Source: Botryllus schlosseri (taxonomy: Eukaryota). From it: a stretch of DNA of 64,000 nt. Of this stretch, positions 52,474 through 64,000 are shown piece after piece. Within the stretch, counting starts at the first letter, position 1, and every line of letters begins with the position of its first letter. Below the pieces are notes generated by a model. That model was not told the origin of the DNA and ran no database searches. It saw nothing but the letters and a program-made list of their open reading frames with translations. The translations under genes were made by a program, and so were the position numbers. Location: the NCBI GenBank assembly GCA_051294905.1, contig CM119371.1, positions 40,240,001 to 40,304,000 of the forward strand, read 5' to 3'.

Positions 52474-52611
52474 CTTGAATCGAAGGACTTGCTTCTCCTT
52501 CAGCACTGGTAATGTTGTAGACGACATTGATCTGATTTCCGCCCACGACGGTAACAGGGCTATTTTCGAAATTTTGATTGATATTTTCACCTTCAGCCAA
52601 AGTTGCAGATC
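52474..52611 (-). CDS. NLR gene exon (GSATLAEGENINQNFENSPVTVVGGNQINVVYNITSAEGEASPSIQ), symmetric phase 1-1
   Basis: Acceptor gtgtgtcttAG|ga, donor caag|GTGAGT. 138 nt, open frame, joins in frame to the NACHT exon (G+GC = Gly). Confidence 0.75.
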
Positions 52612-52826
52612 CTAAGACACACGTGATTACTGTACTGCGTGCCAGGTTCCATACATAGTCTTATCATAAAATAATATGGATTCTATTATGTTCTGCATAA
52701 TATTCATGGAAAGAGCGAAATGGATTGTATTTAAATAGGCCTAACTTAACCAGTATTTTATATGGATAATGGTATTTTGAATTTTAAATATTCTGCGCTC
52801 CAACACAACGGTCGGGCATTACTTAC

Positions 52827-52902
52827 CGCTTGTTCCCGGTAATAATGATGTAGGCATGTCGTCAGCGACACCAGAATGGTGATCTCGACCCCCTTCTGCC
52901 AT
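52827..52902 (-). CDS. NLR gene, first coding exon (MAEGGRDHHSGVADDMPTSLLPGTS), ends phase 1
   Basis: ATG at 52902, preceded by acceptor tgtgttttcAG (exon starts 52946). Strong donor agcg|GTAAGT at 52826. 76 nt = 25 codons + 1, phase-compatible with the next exon. Confidence 0.75.
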
Positions 52903-53165
52903 TGTATTGATCACGTCGTACTAGTTAGCTAGCGTATACGACAATACTGAAAACACATATATTAATTAGATTCATCTTTTCTGAACAACAGGACGAGGCT
53001 ATCTGTCCTTAGCACTTAACCATGGTAGATCTGATAAATAAATTTGAGCGATATGACGTGACAACGCAGTCACATGTCCACAAATATGTATTACCCTATA
53101 TTATTTAGAAACGATGCGTTGAATAACGAATGGTATGAATTATACACAATGCGATCAGTTTGTAA

Positions 53166-54079
53166 CAGTGTTGGGATCAAGTCACTACCTTCGAGTCACG
53201 AGTCATTTCGAGTCATTGCACATTTTGACTCGAGTCAAGTCAAGTCAATCGGTTTTCAAAAGGTGACTCGAGTCAAGTCAAGTCACTCGATTTTTGGAGG
53301 TGACTCGAGTCAAGTCGAGTCAAGTCAAGTCAAGTCACGAGTCAAGTCACAATTCCAGTCAAGTTGCCTTATCGAAGTATTATAGGCATGATAACGTCAT
53401 TGCATTTTGCTAGCTGACTGAAATACAGATTGAGTAGTCATTGCTTTTGAACCGATGAATGAATATAGAGTTAAATATACACGCAAGAAGGCGCTGTATT
53501 TCTCATATATACGTATAACTGCTAAATCCCAGTTTAATAAATACAAATTGATAAAATGCAATACATTACGCATTTACAAATCGATATGATGCAATTTGAA
53601 CCTGCGCAAATGGTTGAGGACTATATTAACTATATTCGAATTCAGTTTCAATAAAACAAGAGGTTTGGTTATGGTAAAACAGAGAGCAGAAATGACTTTA
53701 CTATACTAGTTTACGACAACGTAAGCTGTAAGCTTCGATCACTTCGTTTGCGTTCAATTTATTTGTGAGAGAACAATGGAGACTCAGTAAAACGCACGAT
53801 CATTAAATGATCGGTCGCTCTCACCGGTTACACCAGCGTTACGCGAACAACCTGACCATATGCAAGATGCAGGGATTTTGATCGACGCCGATTACTTGAT
53901 GACTTGAAATTGACTCGGAAATTTTGCCCCGAGTCACTAGTCAATCCATATTTCTGATAGGCCGAGTCAAGTCAAGTCAAGTCATTTTAGCAAAGTGACT
54001 CGAGTCAAGTCAAGTCATACGAAAACGGTGACTCGAGTCTGACTCGAGTCAAGTCATGACTCGAGTCATCCCAACACTG
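53166..54079. mobile_element. hAT MITE, CAGTGTTGGGA family (full-length, 914 bp)
   Basis: TIRs cagtgttgggat / atcccaacactg; perfect TSD gtttgtaa. Confidence 0.9.
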
Positions 54080-54497
54080 GTTTGTAATCTATATAGGTAT
54101 CTTCAATTAAAATTAAAATTCAATTCGCTTCTAATTCAGCTGCCCACAAGTTAAAACCTTGATAAATATTAGTTCTGCAATTTATAGATCCATACTACGA
54201 AGTCAGTCAACAAATGGTACGCTTGCCTTGGTCACCGAGCGATATGTTTTGGTATATGGTTTGTTTGTTTCCGTTGATTTCGGAAGGTTACGTTGAAGTG
54301 GGCGGGTTGAGGGTGTTACACATTATCTGTGTGGCAAATCCAAAGTTTGCAGTGGAGAATGTTTAGTGATTCGGAATCCGTAATATGTGAACAGCGAAGT
54401 TAAACCTGCGAATATATGGTATGAAAACATCACAAAGCATGTGAATACTAGACCAAGCATTATCCGGCTGTGCAGGCGGTGCACCTACCGTCTAGTC

Positions 54498-55847
54498 CAG
54501 TGGTTCCCAACCTTTTTCGACTCATCGCCCCCTTTTCAAATTCAACAGCGATCATCGCCCCCCAAATATTGGGAACCGAAAAATGGGCATACAGACTGAA
54601 ATCACCGGCGAGTTGACTAAGAAAAAATGTCAACTTTTCGGCTCGACCTCGAAATTACACTTTTGTGTTGACTAACAATAAAGGTGATTTCTCCGAAAGT
54701 CCAAAAGGACCGTAACAACATTTCGTCAGCCCCCCCCAATACGTTGGTCTTGCCCCCACCCCCCCCACATAGGACGATAAAGCAAACTCCTGCACCCCTC
54801 AGACCAAACTCCCCCGATACCTCTTTACTGCTACTTCTCAGCACAAATTGTTGGCCTCTTTAGTTAGTCGGCTTAATTCGCGCAATGCGTGAAAGCTTTC
54901 CATCTTTCATGATTGAATGGGTCAATATGATCAGGAATTGCATATATAGTGCTGTCAATTTTTCATCCTCTCTCTGCTCATGCATACAGATTTACCGGTA
55001 ACGCTGAGTTGTGCTGAGTGTCTTGGAAAATGTAGGGCCCGTAAATAATAATTTAACATCTTCGGGCGGACCCGTGGGTATAATGACTTCGTTACGTAAT
55101 GGCATTTCGTGGCCAGTCTGCTATGTCAAAAGATATTCGAATCGCCCATACGTATACTAAACTAAAAGACGCACACGATTTCAAATTGGTATTTCCACAC
55201 AGGCAATTAATTTTTCTCTGCGAGATGACATTTGTTTTGTGGGGTTCTGATTGCCAGGACAAGAACATTTGGCGCCAGCCATTTAGGTGCCTATGGACAA
55301 TTAAATATATATGTATATCGTATATATATCGAAGTCGGTCAGAATAAAGGCAGTCCTTTCCGCCAAGGTTTTCTCGTTCTGGCACAATTCTCGGAGTCGC
55401 ATGTTACATGACCTGAAACTTCATATGTCTTGGTGCTACATGGTGTGATAATGGCTGACGCCGAGATGCTCATTTCTATAACTCATGCGTATTATTTCTT
55501 GGAGGAAGGGTATCCAATTAGCAATAAAAATGGCACCACGAAAGGGCGCGCAGCGCGAAAATTTTTTGAAAAAGTGTAATAAATTTATTAAATAATACTC
55601 TATAATTAATGTTAATTCACGAAAAAAATTGCGGGATTCCTTGAAGCTCGGACCCCCCATCCCAATTGGGGGTTTGAGTGCGGCAGTTACTGTCATGGAC
55701 GCCAATATAGCTATTTTAACGCGCCATCGCCCTCCTATCGCCTCCTTCCTCCGTTTTCACCCCCTATCGCCCCCTTCGCTATTTTCGCCCCCCTGGACCG
55801 ACAAATCGCCCCCTGGGGGGCGATATCGCCCACGTTGGGAGCCACTG
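54498..55847. mobile_element. Charlie-like hAT MITE
   Basis: cagtggttcccaac / gttgggagccactg; flanks gtctagtc / ttctagta; atcgcccc repeats. Internal similarity to ~36100-36470. Confidence 0.75.
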
Positions 55848-56350
55848 TTCTAGTATTTGGGAATAGGGAAACATTCAGTGATAAAATCAAGCCATCATAC
55901 GCGTTGGTAAGTAGTTTCTTTTGAATAAAATCGGATGCTTCGCAGTATTTGGAATGCTCAATCTGTATGTACACACATTTCTCAACTCACCAGACTGTAT
56001 TAGCGCGTTTCAGATAACAAGACTCTCGCAATATCATTAGAAGTTGCATTTGTCATGTAACACGACTGATGTTCGACAATCGGGCTGTGTATGCAGTGCA
56101 GTGTAGGTAATGTACTATCAGGAGAATGACGTAATTCTTATTGGAACTTATTGCTAGACTCCATATCGTTCGTATGTGTATCGGATCACTATGGGATACG
56201 GGATATTGAATCTACAGATCATTCAGCAACCGTGGTCACCCCTACCACGTATAAAAGTGGAAATCATATCATTAGGCTCGCCGACGTTTGAACAGGCTTG
56301 GACTGAACAGTACATTTAACAACATTGTAATTACGAGTTGAACTGTACAT

Positions 56351-56651
56351 TAGATGTGCTCAAAAATGATTTGGCTCGATTCCAAATTTTTGTTTCAAGG
56401 CAATAACACCGCTTCCAGTGTATGGAATTGAGTCAAATTTGGTGAATATCGTTTCTATAGACAACTGAACAATTTCCTGGGGCGAACAAAAAAAATTGAA
56501 ATCTTTTATATTATTTTTTATTCTTTTATATTCCTGTATCAACTGGTTGGAATTGAACCAAATTTGGTGTGCAGGCTTCAATTAGGTAACCTAACAATTT
56601 TGTCAAGTAGCCAGCAAAATTTGAGAAAAAAGTCATTGTTGAACACCCCTA
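56351..56651. mobile_element. Short TAGG-type MITE
   Basis: tagatgtgctcaaaaatga / tcattgttgaacaccccta; TSD ctgtacat, whose right copy is split by the next MITE. Confidence 0.7.
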
Positions 56652-56656
56652 CTGTA

Positions 56657-57618
56657 GGGGAGATGTGTACCGATGGATCACTGGGACCGAAAATACTTTG
56701 AAAATTCTCTATGATAATTCCATGATTACACTCCGTGAACTTGTCTACAATTGCATGCTAGCAACATCTTTCCTCACATACAAAAAAAAATCGACGTGCG
56801 CGAACTATGGGGTTTCTCACAGATGTTTTTTGTTTTGGGGGGTGTAAAGTAAATTTAGATCGACATATACATTTTTCTTTGTAACCTTCAACACGAACGA
56901 ACCAGCAATCATTTTTATTGCAAAGTCTAGGGCTTGTATCAGGCTATATAATGGAACCTATTATTTTTTTCAGTACTTTCCTTGAGTGGATTTTTTTTCG
57001 ATTCATGTACAAAATTAGTAGGGTGGGGACCGATGATACAATAGCCAAATCAAGCAAAATAAACAAGCATACTAATCATGAAACAAATGAAACATGACTA
57101 CGTACAGAAAATCTTTATGTAATAATTGCATATGATGTTTTATCGCTATAACGAGGTCTTTGAAAGTCACACTGTCGATTTTCGGGCAATATATATGTAC
57201 CCTCAAATTTATAAGTCCGAGCCTAAATCGAAACGTGATTTTATGACAACATTTGAGTCAATATTTAATCTATTATTTGACGGTTGCGACCGAAAATTCT
57301 TCTTTGGCTTGCTGTAGCTTAGATTATAATACTGAGCAAGAAAAGTTGTTACATCTGAGTTTTTTAGGGTATATGTGTCATAGGTCCCCGGGTCGTGTTC
57401 CATTGGACCCACCGGGTGGGGACCGATGACACGTTCGAGCAACAAATTTTAAACATCCATAAATATTTTTTTTAAATACCGATATTCATGTATATGCGCG
57501 CGATAGGTAGAGCTTGTATCAAAGTGTTGAACCAGCAAAAGATCTGCTGTTTTCGGCTGAACATTTTGGGGCCAGCGATCATTTTCCAATTTTTGATCCA
57601 TCGGTACCACATCTCCCC
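56657..57618 (-). mobile_element. TA-flanked MITE, near-identical inverted copy of 44588-45551
   Basis: Inserted into ctgTA|cat with TA duplicated; sequence is the reverse complement of 44588-45551 with few differences. Confidence 0.9.
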
Positions 57619-59339
57619 TACATATCAGTCCAAAGATACTGGCAGCTGGTAGCGGGAACTTGGCAGTAAAAGTAAAATGTTATGCGATCATCAAGAATAC
57701 ACATTGAAGGCCGAATTGCCATAGCATGCAGCAATTCAACACTATTAGACTGAACGATGCCGAATTATCTTTAATATCCCAAATATCCTTATACACAAAG
57801 AGAAATAAGTTTCAACAATCTAATTAAGCTTAAATTAGGGTGGAAAAGGAAGATGGTAGGACATACGTCTTGGTAGATTTGATTTTGCTCTTCAACGGGT
57901 CCTTAAATTAAGTCGGTAGCGTTCGCAATATTACAAAGTTGGTAGTAGGCTACAAAAAAAGGCGGCACGAACTAGGCAAATGTTTCCTGTGGATCAGCGA
58001 GGTTAGTGGCATTACCAATTAAATATATATAAGCCCATGCCTTAGCGATCTAGACTCGGCCTGAGATCATAAGTCAAGACTAATAATGTGGCCCAGCAGT
58101 TGAAATGCAATAGATTTCAATCAAATATGCTATAATGAAGTGAAAATTGTAATATGTGTAAAAAGGTTCACAGTGCAGAACCTACCAAGGTTCGTTTCTG
58201 AACGCGAACCTCTAAATTACAGAGGCTCACACAAGGAACGCGAACGTGAACCTAACATTTACACCATCCCTACTCTGTATAAGGATGATGTTTCCGAGCA
58301 ACTGATACCGATTCCACAACTATTTATTTTAAGCAGATGACGTAATCCTCTTGCGCGGAAAAAATCTCTCACACTTTGCAAAACGCATCGCGAACGTTCG
58401 TAACTTGTGAACTAGAAAATCTCAGCTACCAACAAGTTTTTAGAATTGCGTCCAAACAACAAAAGGTACGGACTCAATATGCACTTAATATCCTATTAAG
58501 TTTATTTGAATTATTCGACGTATGAAAAAGTTCGAAATTTGGACAATTTTTATTCGCACCATCCGCCTCACGCTTGTCATCCGCCCTGGAATTGTGGTCA
58601 TTTGCACAAGTGCAAACCGTCACACAGGTTGAACAGCACTGCACCAGTGGATTAAATTCCGCTTGTACTCGAACATCATAGCATAATCTCTGGAATTTTG
58701 AGTTTTCATATTTAATCATCCATGCCTCTCCAGCGCGTGGCAATTTTTCACCAAACACAATTCTGATATCTGACGTCTTCGTGTATTACATAGGAATATC
58801 AATTTCATTCCATTGCTGAAGTCGTAAAAGTTTACTATAATCTCTCCATTTTCCTAAGGATGCATAATACTACTCGCATTATGTGTGTAGTTACCAGTTT
58901 TACTGTGAATACAGAATAGGATAATTTTAGCGTAACTCGAAAGCGATTTATTCCCGCAACAATCATAAAAATTAACAATTAAGTTTACTACTGCGAAGTC
59001 ATGACGAGGCAATGGGTGTTTTTGTAATTCTGCATAAACTGTTGACCCAGTCAATAAATATATAATGAAGTGATAACGCAACATTCATGTTAACGTGCAG
59101 AATACTGCTATCGATCACTGCTGTGTACACATAAGCAAGGCAAGGCCCAACAAAATGAAATATGGGTCGACTGAATCAGGAATTACATCTGTTTTTCCGG
59201 TATTCATGCTGTTTGTCGACTGCCATGGTCATTGGTCATTCACAACAGGTCAATTATCTTCAATTTTATTCCGTAGCTGCCGACTTGTAGCACGGCCCAC
59301 TTCTAAGCTTTTTATAACACACCACCTACACGAATGAAA

Positions 59340-59465
59340 CGGCGAGGAGGAGCCTAGATAAACCTCCAACACTGGGGTAGGAATTCTGGAGTCGACCTCG
59401 GTCGGACTCGAACCCGCAACCCATAGGTGTTGAAGCTGAGGATTATACCACTATGCTATCTCGCC
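59340..59465 (-). mobile_element. tRNA-derived SINE head
   Basis: A box tagcatagtgg, B box gggttcgagtcc, and core ggaggtttatctaggctcctc shared with the 15.5-kb SINE. Confidence 0.6.
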
Positions 59466-62400
59466 ACAATTAAATATGTTGTTGCACATCATTGATTTCG
59501 ATTAATTAACTGCTCTATTATTCAACAGCTTTCAGGTTCCCCTAATTTGATATGACTAGAATTGCATATTCTCACAATCTATAAAATCCGTTAATGACCG
59601 TTATACTTTCGGTTACCATCACTTGATCGTAGGAGGCAGATATAAACAAGTAGCCTGTACACCATGGGTGTCATTCTCAACTGGCGTCGCGGGTCGGAAT
59701 GAAACCTTCAGATCGCTCGCGGGGCGGACCAGTCAATTGATTCCAAAATGTTGCCTCGAAATCCATGCCCTTGTTATTCACTCGTATACTTTATTGTCAA
59801 GTCGATACGTACAATAAAATATTACATTATATTGCGGATCAGTAGGCGTCTATTCTAGCAACGCCTTTAATCGCAAACAATGGAATTGGAGAAAGTACGA
59901 GTATTGCCCGGTTGAATACAGTTTTTCAACTGCTAAAACGTTCCTCTAACGACGATATAAGCTGTCATATTTCCATGCTTCCTCTGGTTTAGTCGTATAC
60001 TCTGACATTGGCCCTGCGTATGCGTCGAGAAAAATGCTAAAGATTTAACGGTAAAAGCGGACGTATAAATTGTTTCATTATTATTCAATCGCGATTCGGG
60101 TTTGTCTGGACTCTGGAGGCCGGGAGTATTTTGAGTCAGAAGTGATATAGCAGTAAGTCCACAGATTTTTGAAGTATATATTTTGGTAGTTATTATATTC
60201 TGCATGTAACCAGCATATATCGGTGTCGTATTGGCGTTTTTGCTTCTGTGGATAACTTGATTTTGTCCGTTTTTCCCTAGGATTCTGAAGTTAGTGTACA
60301 CTTTTTCCCTCCCCGAATCGGAAGTCAATGTCATCGTCACATGTTACTTAAGGTGAACAGAATGACACTTGACAAACACCGCTGTGAGATGATTATAATG
60401 ATGTCGATGAACATACTCGACATTTGCTGTCTTCAGGGATCATTTACTGTATGTATTTATTACCAACAACAATTGTTAGAGATGTGCTGGGTAATACAGA
60501 CAATTCTTTAATCTACTCAGAATCGCTTCTCGGGCCTGATGCAAGAATGATAAATGAATTTAGTCAATACTATTGCAGCTTGTATATATTCCGGGTTGTC
60601 TCTGTATACCGCTGGCCTGATTTGACCAGGACAGGAATATTACGACCTTCGACATATCCATAATGAAGGTTTCGGTGAAGTTGCATCTATCCTTAGGTAC
60701 CTAGGTTTTATCGCCGAAGATCTTTCTTCGAGTGCACACGCCAAGTCGCATGTTGGACGACATAATTGCGAATATAATAGACTAAAATCTGGAGAGGGTA
60801 CCAATAATAAAACCAAGAAATCGACGTACAATAAATCTCGTGCAATTCCAAAAAAAATTAAGTCAAATACATTTGCCGCGAAATATACTACTCCATGGTC
60901 AAATACTAAGATCTACGTTAATGTGGCTGGCCCCATGGCTACGCAAATGTGTCGGAACTGATATTTTTAGCCATAAACCTTCCAAAGTTAACTGTTAGTC
61001 TAAGAAGTTTTTTCTTTGGCCTTTGCAAGTTCACAATAATTTACATGGGTAATTATTTTTTTAATAATATAACTAATTTTGAAAATTACATTAGAGGCCA
61101 CTCAAAACCTTCTCGCGAGTCACGGGTTGGCAGCCACTGCTTTATATACTAACTTATTTGCATATCCATTGGAAATAGATATTTACTATGATTACTAGGG
61201 CGATTTTTTTACCTAAAAACGGAAGATTTTGACCTAAAAACTCTAAATTTTGACATTTTTTGACCTAAAAAAACTAAAATTTGACCAAATTTTGACCTCA
61301 CGTATGCAAATTAGGTGTTTTCGCACATAATGTTAAAATTGTACTACTTATTTTCATTTCTGGTTAGAACTGTCTGTCCTTACAAAGTAGATTGGCCTGA
61401 AAAAACGTTTTTGGCTCAAAAACTGACAAATTTTTACTAGTATTTAACTAGTATTTTAACGAAATCTGGCCCTGTGAAGAATTCCAGTAGTTACATTACG
61501 TAGTATGGTGGAAATAATTCAAATTTGTTGTAGTACAACAACGAAAGATACTTTCCTATATTCTCGGGTAGAAAGTGTGTGTCCTTACTAAGTATACTAC
61601 AGCTATAGCTGGTCAAGAATGGAGAAAGAGCGTTCAACAGCAGCAGTTGTTGGCTGACAATGCTGAAGTTGTGTGCACACTGCTGGTGACACACCGTTTT
61701 GCTTCATTCTGACAATGTTGTCTATATCACTATTTTTCAGCTTGCACTTCTTGATATAAGAACATCAATGTCCAAGCAGTCTTGCTTCAGTTAGGATATT
61801 GCGGTACGTTGACCATAACACCATGTCACTATTTGTTTTATTTGACTGTTTATGATTCAAATGAGCAGACGATGGGCCGTTTACAACGGTGGGCCTATAA
61901 AGTAGGCTACAAGCTGTAAAATATCAAATGATAAGTTCACCGACAGCGCAAAATCTACGATACAAACGAAATGCAGAGGTCAAAAAATGTTGGACAAATT
62001 TTGACTTTTTTTGACATATCAGCAATACCGGTTTTGCGTAAATTCCGAACAAAATCCAGAGTGTAAGAGTCTTTAGTGCATCGGAATAGTGTAGTCTTCT
62101 ATCTACTTTACAAAATTTATACGATTTTTCTTGCTGCGTTCCGGGATAAAATGTAATTTTTCGCGCTTTTTGTTTATTTTTATTAAAATTAGTATCCATT
62201 ATACAAAAACGCCGTGTAAAGGTAAAGTACGAATCTAAGTACAAGTTGAGATTTCAAAGTAAGTAAGTGGTTATGTTCGTAGACTAACCCCACTCCTACG
62301 CAACGATTTTTCAGTAAGTAGTTATGTTTCTAGGCTACTTTTACTTCTATTTAACGAGTTTTCATACTAATCTGCTTTCTTTAATAACTTTCATCTTTTT

Positions 62401-63016
62401 CATCAGTGAGCGAAGGTAATACCGGTGTTAACTCCATGGTCAGATGCGAGATAACAGCGACTCGCAGAGCTCATTTAGATATCTAAGTTACTTTAAAATT
62501 AGTACCCGAGTATTTGCTGCAAATATACTGCCAGATAGTTATAGCCAGATGGTTTCGATGGTGACGTACTTGTATAATGCACATTTTGGAGAGAGTAAGT
62601 AAAGCAATGATCTCAGATAAATCCATTAAATTAAGGTTGAAGTAACTATTTACGAATAAAAGTTAGTATTCTAGGTCTATATTTCTGTTAATACTGAAAA
62701 TGTCATGAAGTTGAAGCAATCTGAAATCATAAACACTTTAGTACTAGGTACATATACGCGAAAAGCTACTTTAGTATTCTGATGGAGTGCAAATACTTGT
62801 TTACTTATCAACGTTGAAGGCTTGCGCAGTTTGTGGCGTGATACGCAAAATTAGGGTGTTCCAATCAGAACTGTCGTACACATAGTGATGTCGCATTAGT
62901 CCTAAATATAGATGATAGAATATCAAGGAAAAGTATCATCTAACGTATAATGAATGTTATTTCTTTCTCGGAAGCAAGCCATTATCAAAACATAGTGATC
63001 AAAATTATCGCAGAGC

Positions 63017-63865
63017 TGGAAAATGCGTGAGCTGGACTAACTTTTTACGTAGTTCGAAATCGCTACTTCTATAGATTAATTCAAAGTATTTGTCAGTCAT
63101 CGCAGCACAGCTCATATTGCGCACCATCTATTTATATCACGGATAACAAATTACTCCTGCTTTCATCAGAGGATACTTTCCTAGGGTTTGCCTACTAACA
63201 GTACTTAGTTTAGATTAATGAAAAATATAGTGATTGAAAATATATCACTGGATTATAGTTTACAGAAAACTCCACAATTCTATGTGACGTCCTTGCATGA
63301 CAACAGCCTTCGAACTATTCACCACCTCATAAACACTTGAGTAGGCCTACATTTGATACGTGTGGGGAAAACCTAGGTAAATTTTCATATGCATTTAGTT
63401 TCCGGCTCCGAAAGCAAGCTTGGTCTAAGATCAATAGCAAAAATGGAAAATGCGTGATCTCGACTAACTTTTCACGTAGTTCGAAATCGCTATTCTATAC
63501 AATAATTCGAAGTATTTGTCAGTCATCGCAGCACCGGTCATGTTGCGCGCTATCTATTTATTTCACGGATTACGAATTACTTCTGCTTTTATCAGAGGAT
63601 ACTTTCCTATGGTTTGCCTACTAATAGAACTTAGTTTAGATTAATAAAAGTATAGTCATTGAAAATAGATCACTGGATTATAGTTTACAGAAAACACCAC
63701 AATTCTATGGGATATCCTTGCATACCAACAACTTTCGAACTATTCGCCACCTCATAAACACTTGAGTAGGCCTACATTTGATGCATGTGGGGAAAACCTA
63801 CTTAAATTTTCATATGCATTTAGGTTCCGACTCTGAAAGCAAGCTTGGTCTATGATCAGTAGCAA
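63017..63865. repeat. 427-bp tandem duplication (2 diverged copies)
   Basis: tggaaaatgcgtga at 63017 and 63444; the two units are colinear throughout. Confidence 0.9.
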
Positions 63866-64000
63866 CTTTTGCGTCAAACCCGTTCTATTTCACTTCATAC
63901 CTATACAATGTAGATAGTCTATTCGAATAATTCGATGTATAATTGAACTTTTCCTCTGCATGATCATTAGGGCTTCTATTTTTTTGTTGCAGGGCAACTT

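Noticed and set aside
60200..60560. Possible very old Dong-like remnant (DSKCRVC...HSGVC on the minus strand)
   Set aside because: Too degenerate, with multiple stops; cannot be supported without alignment.

Overview
AT-rich animal genomic DNA; the style of the NACHT gene and TE content suggests an invertebrate chordate such as an ascidian, which is a tentative inference. The window is dominated by one minus-strand, spliced NLR-type gene. Six phase-compatible coding exons can be assembled (52902-52827, 52611-52474, 40237-38807, 12766-12459, 3033-2929, 106-35; about 710 aa, continuing beyond base 1). The protein is a short N-terminus with no visible death fold but an N/Q/G/V-rich amyloid-like motif, then NACHT, then LRR-like exons. 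The introns are packed with transposons. The 26-kb intron holds a four-level nest: an R4/Dong REL-type LINE, interrupted by a 12.44-kb hAT element (144-bp perfect TIRs, 8-bp TSD), whose transposase is interrupted by an 8.7-kb CACTA/CMC-like element (2-bp TSD), which contains a hAT MITE. Removing each insertion restores the host reading frame exactly. Also present: a 5'-truncated Penelope element with an inverted terminal repeat carrying a hammerhead-like motif, a 176-bp satellite with an orientation switch, a second four-level MITE nest with a 21/24-bp minisatellite foldback, tRNA-derived SINEs and many MITEs. No prokaryotic features or CRISPR arrays.
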